Shown piece after piece: positions 63,388 through 64,000 of a DNA stretch of 64,000 nucleotides; the first letter of the stretch is position 1, and every line of letters begins with the position of its first letter. A program made the position numbers and the translations under genes. This DNA comes from Chiloscyllium plagiosum (taxonomy: Eukaryota): NCBI RefSeq assembly GCF_004010195.1, contig NC_057726.1, positions 70,009,468 through 70,073,467 of the forward strand. The letters run 5' to 3'. The notes under the pieces were generated by a model. The model worked only from the letters and a program-made list of their open reading frames with translations. It was not told the origin of the DNA and ran no database searches.

Positions 63388-63692
63388 CTGCTCCTGTACC
63401 CCTGAAGATTGTCTCCACATCATTCCACAAGGCTTCATCTACCTTTATGAGACTCCACTGTCAAACGGCTGAGTTTCATCCGAAGGAATTCAACCTTACC
63501 TGGCATAAAAATGGCACCAGAATTCTGACAGGAATTTCAACTTACAACAGGAAACAACAGACAGACTGTGTGAAGTGATCAGTTCCTTAGAAGAGACACG
63601 GCCAATTGAGCAAGGTACGGTTTACACCTGTCAAGTCTATCATGTTTCTATCACTGGTCCAGCAAATTGCAGCTGCATTGTCGACAACGTAG
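63388..63692 (+). pseudogene. Ig C1-set exon of gene 2, frameshifted and acceptor lost
   Basis: APVPLKIVSTSFHKASSTFMRLHCQTAEFHPKEFNLTWHKNGTRILTGISTYNRKQ /fs/ DRLCEVISSLEETRPIEQGTVYTCQVYHVSITGPANCSCIVDNV g|gtaaa; strong pyrimidine tract but TAC instead of TAG at 63385-63387; aligns with 34605-34914. Confidence 0.88.
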
Positions 63693-64000
63693 GTAAAATT
63701 ACAACAAACACGATGCATGTATATGTTCCATCAGCAGTAGTTGAACGGTTGTTGCAGATATTGTGTCACTTGTAAAATATAAAGAGTACTCTGTATTTAA
63801 TTCAATACCACTATGGAATCTTCAAATCCGCTAGTAATTCAGAATTTTATGCAGGTTCAACATAAATTTGAGTAGTGTGGCAGGATGCATTCATCTATCT
63901 AATTTCAGGCAACGTATCCAGTACTATATTAAGCACAGACATAATGTTGCACTCCACAGAATGATGAAAGCAGTAGAGGAATCTCAAGGAGAAGAAAACT

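Overview
Vertebrate genomic DNA, almost certainly a shark (HE1-type V-SINEs, SacSINE1-like SINEs, abundant CR1 LINEs and Penelope-like elements; the species cannot be fixed from sequence). Most of the window is nested retroelement debris, plus one full-length but inactivated Buster-type hAT DNA transposon (50217-52940, TIRs and 8-bp TSD intact). Between the repeats lies a tandem cluster of Ig-superfamily immune-receptor genes that the ORF track barely shows. Gene 1 (about 31.7-40.85 kb, +) is a pseudogene with leader, VJ-type V, C1, TM and two cytoplasmic exons carrying four tyrosine motifs arranged as in SIRP-alpha. Gene 2 (53.4 kb to beyond the window end, +) is a paralogue with an intact V exon but a decayed C1 exon. 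Fainter minus-strand Ig-like fossils are also present. Many Penelope terminal fragments carry minimal hammerhead-ribozyme motifs, often in fold-back insertions with clean target-site duplications. All translations and alignments were done by eye, and repeat boundaries are approximate unless a TSD/TIR is quoted.
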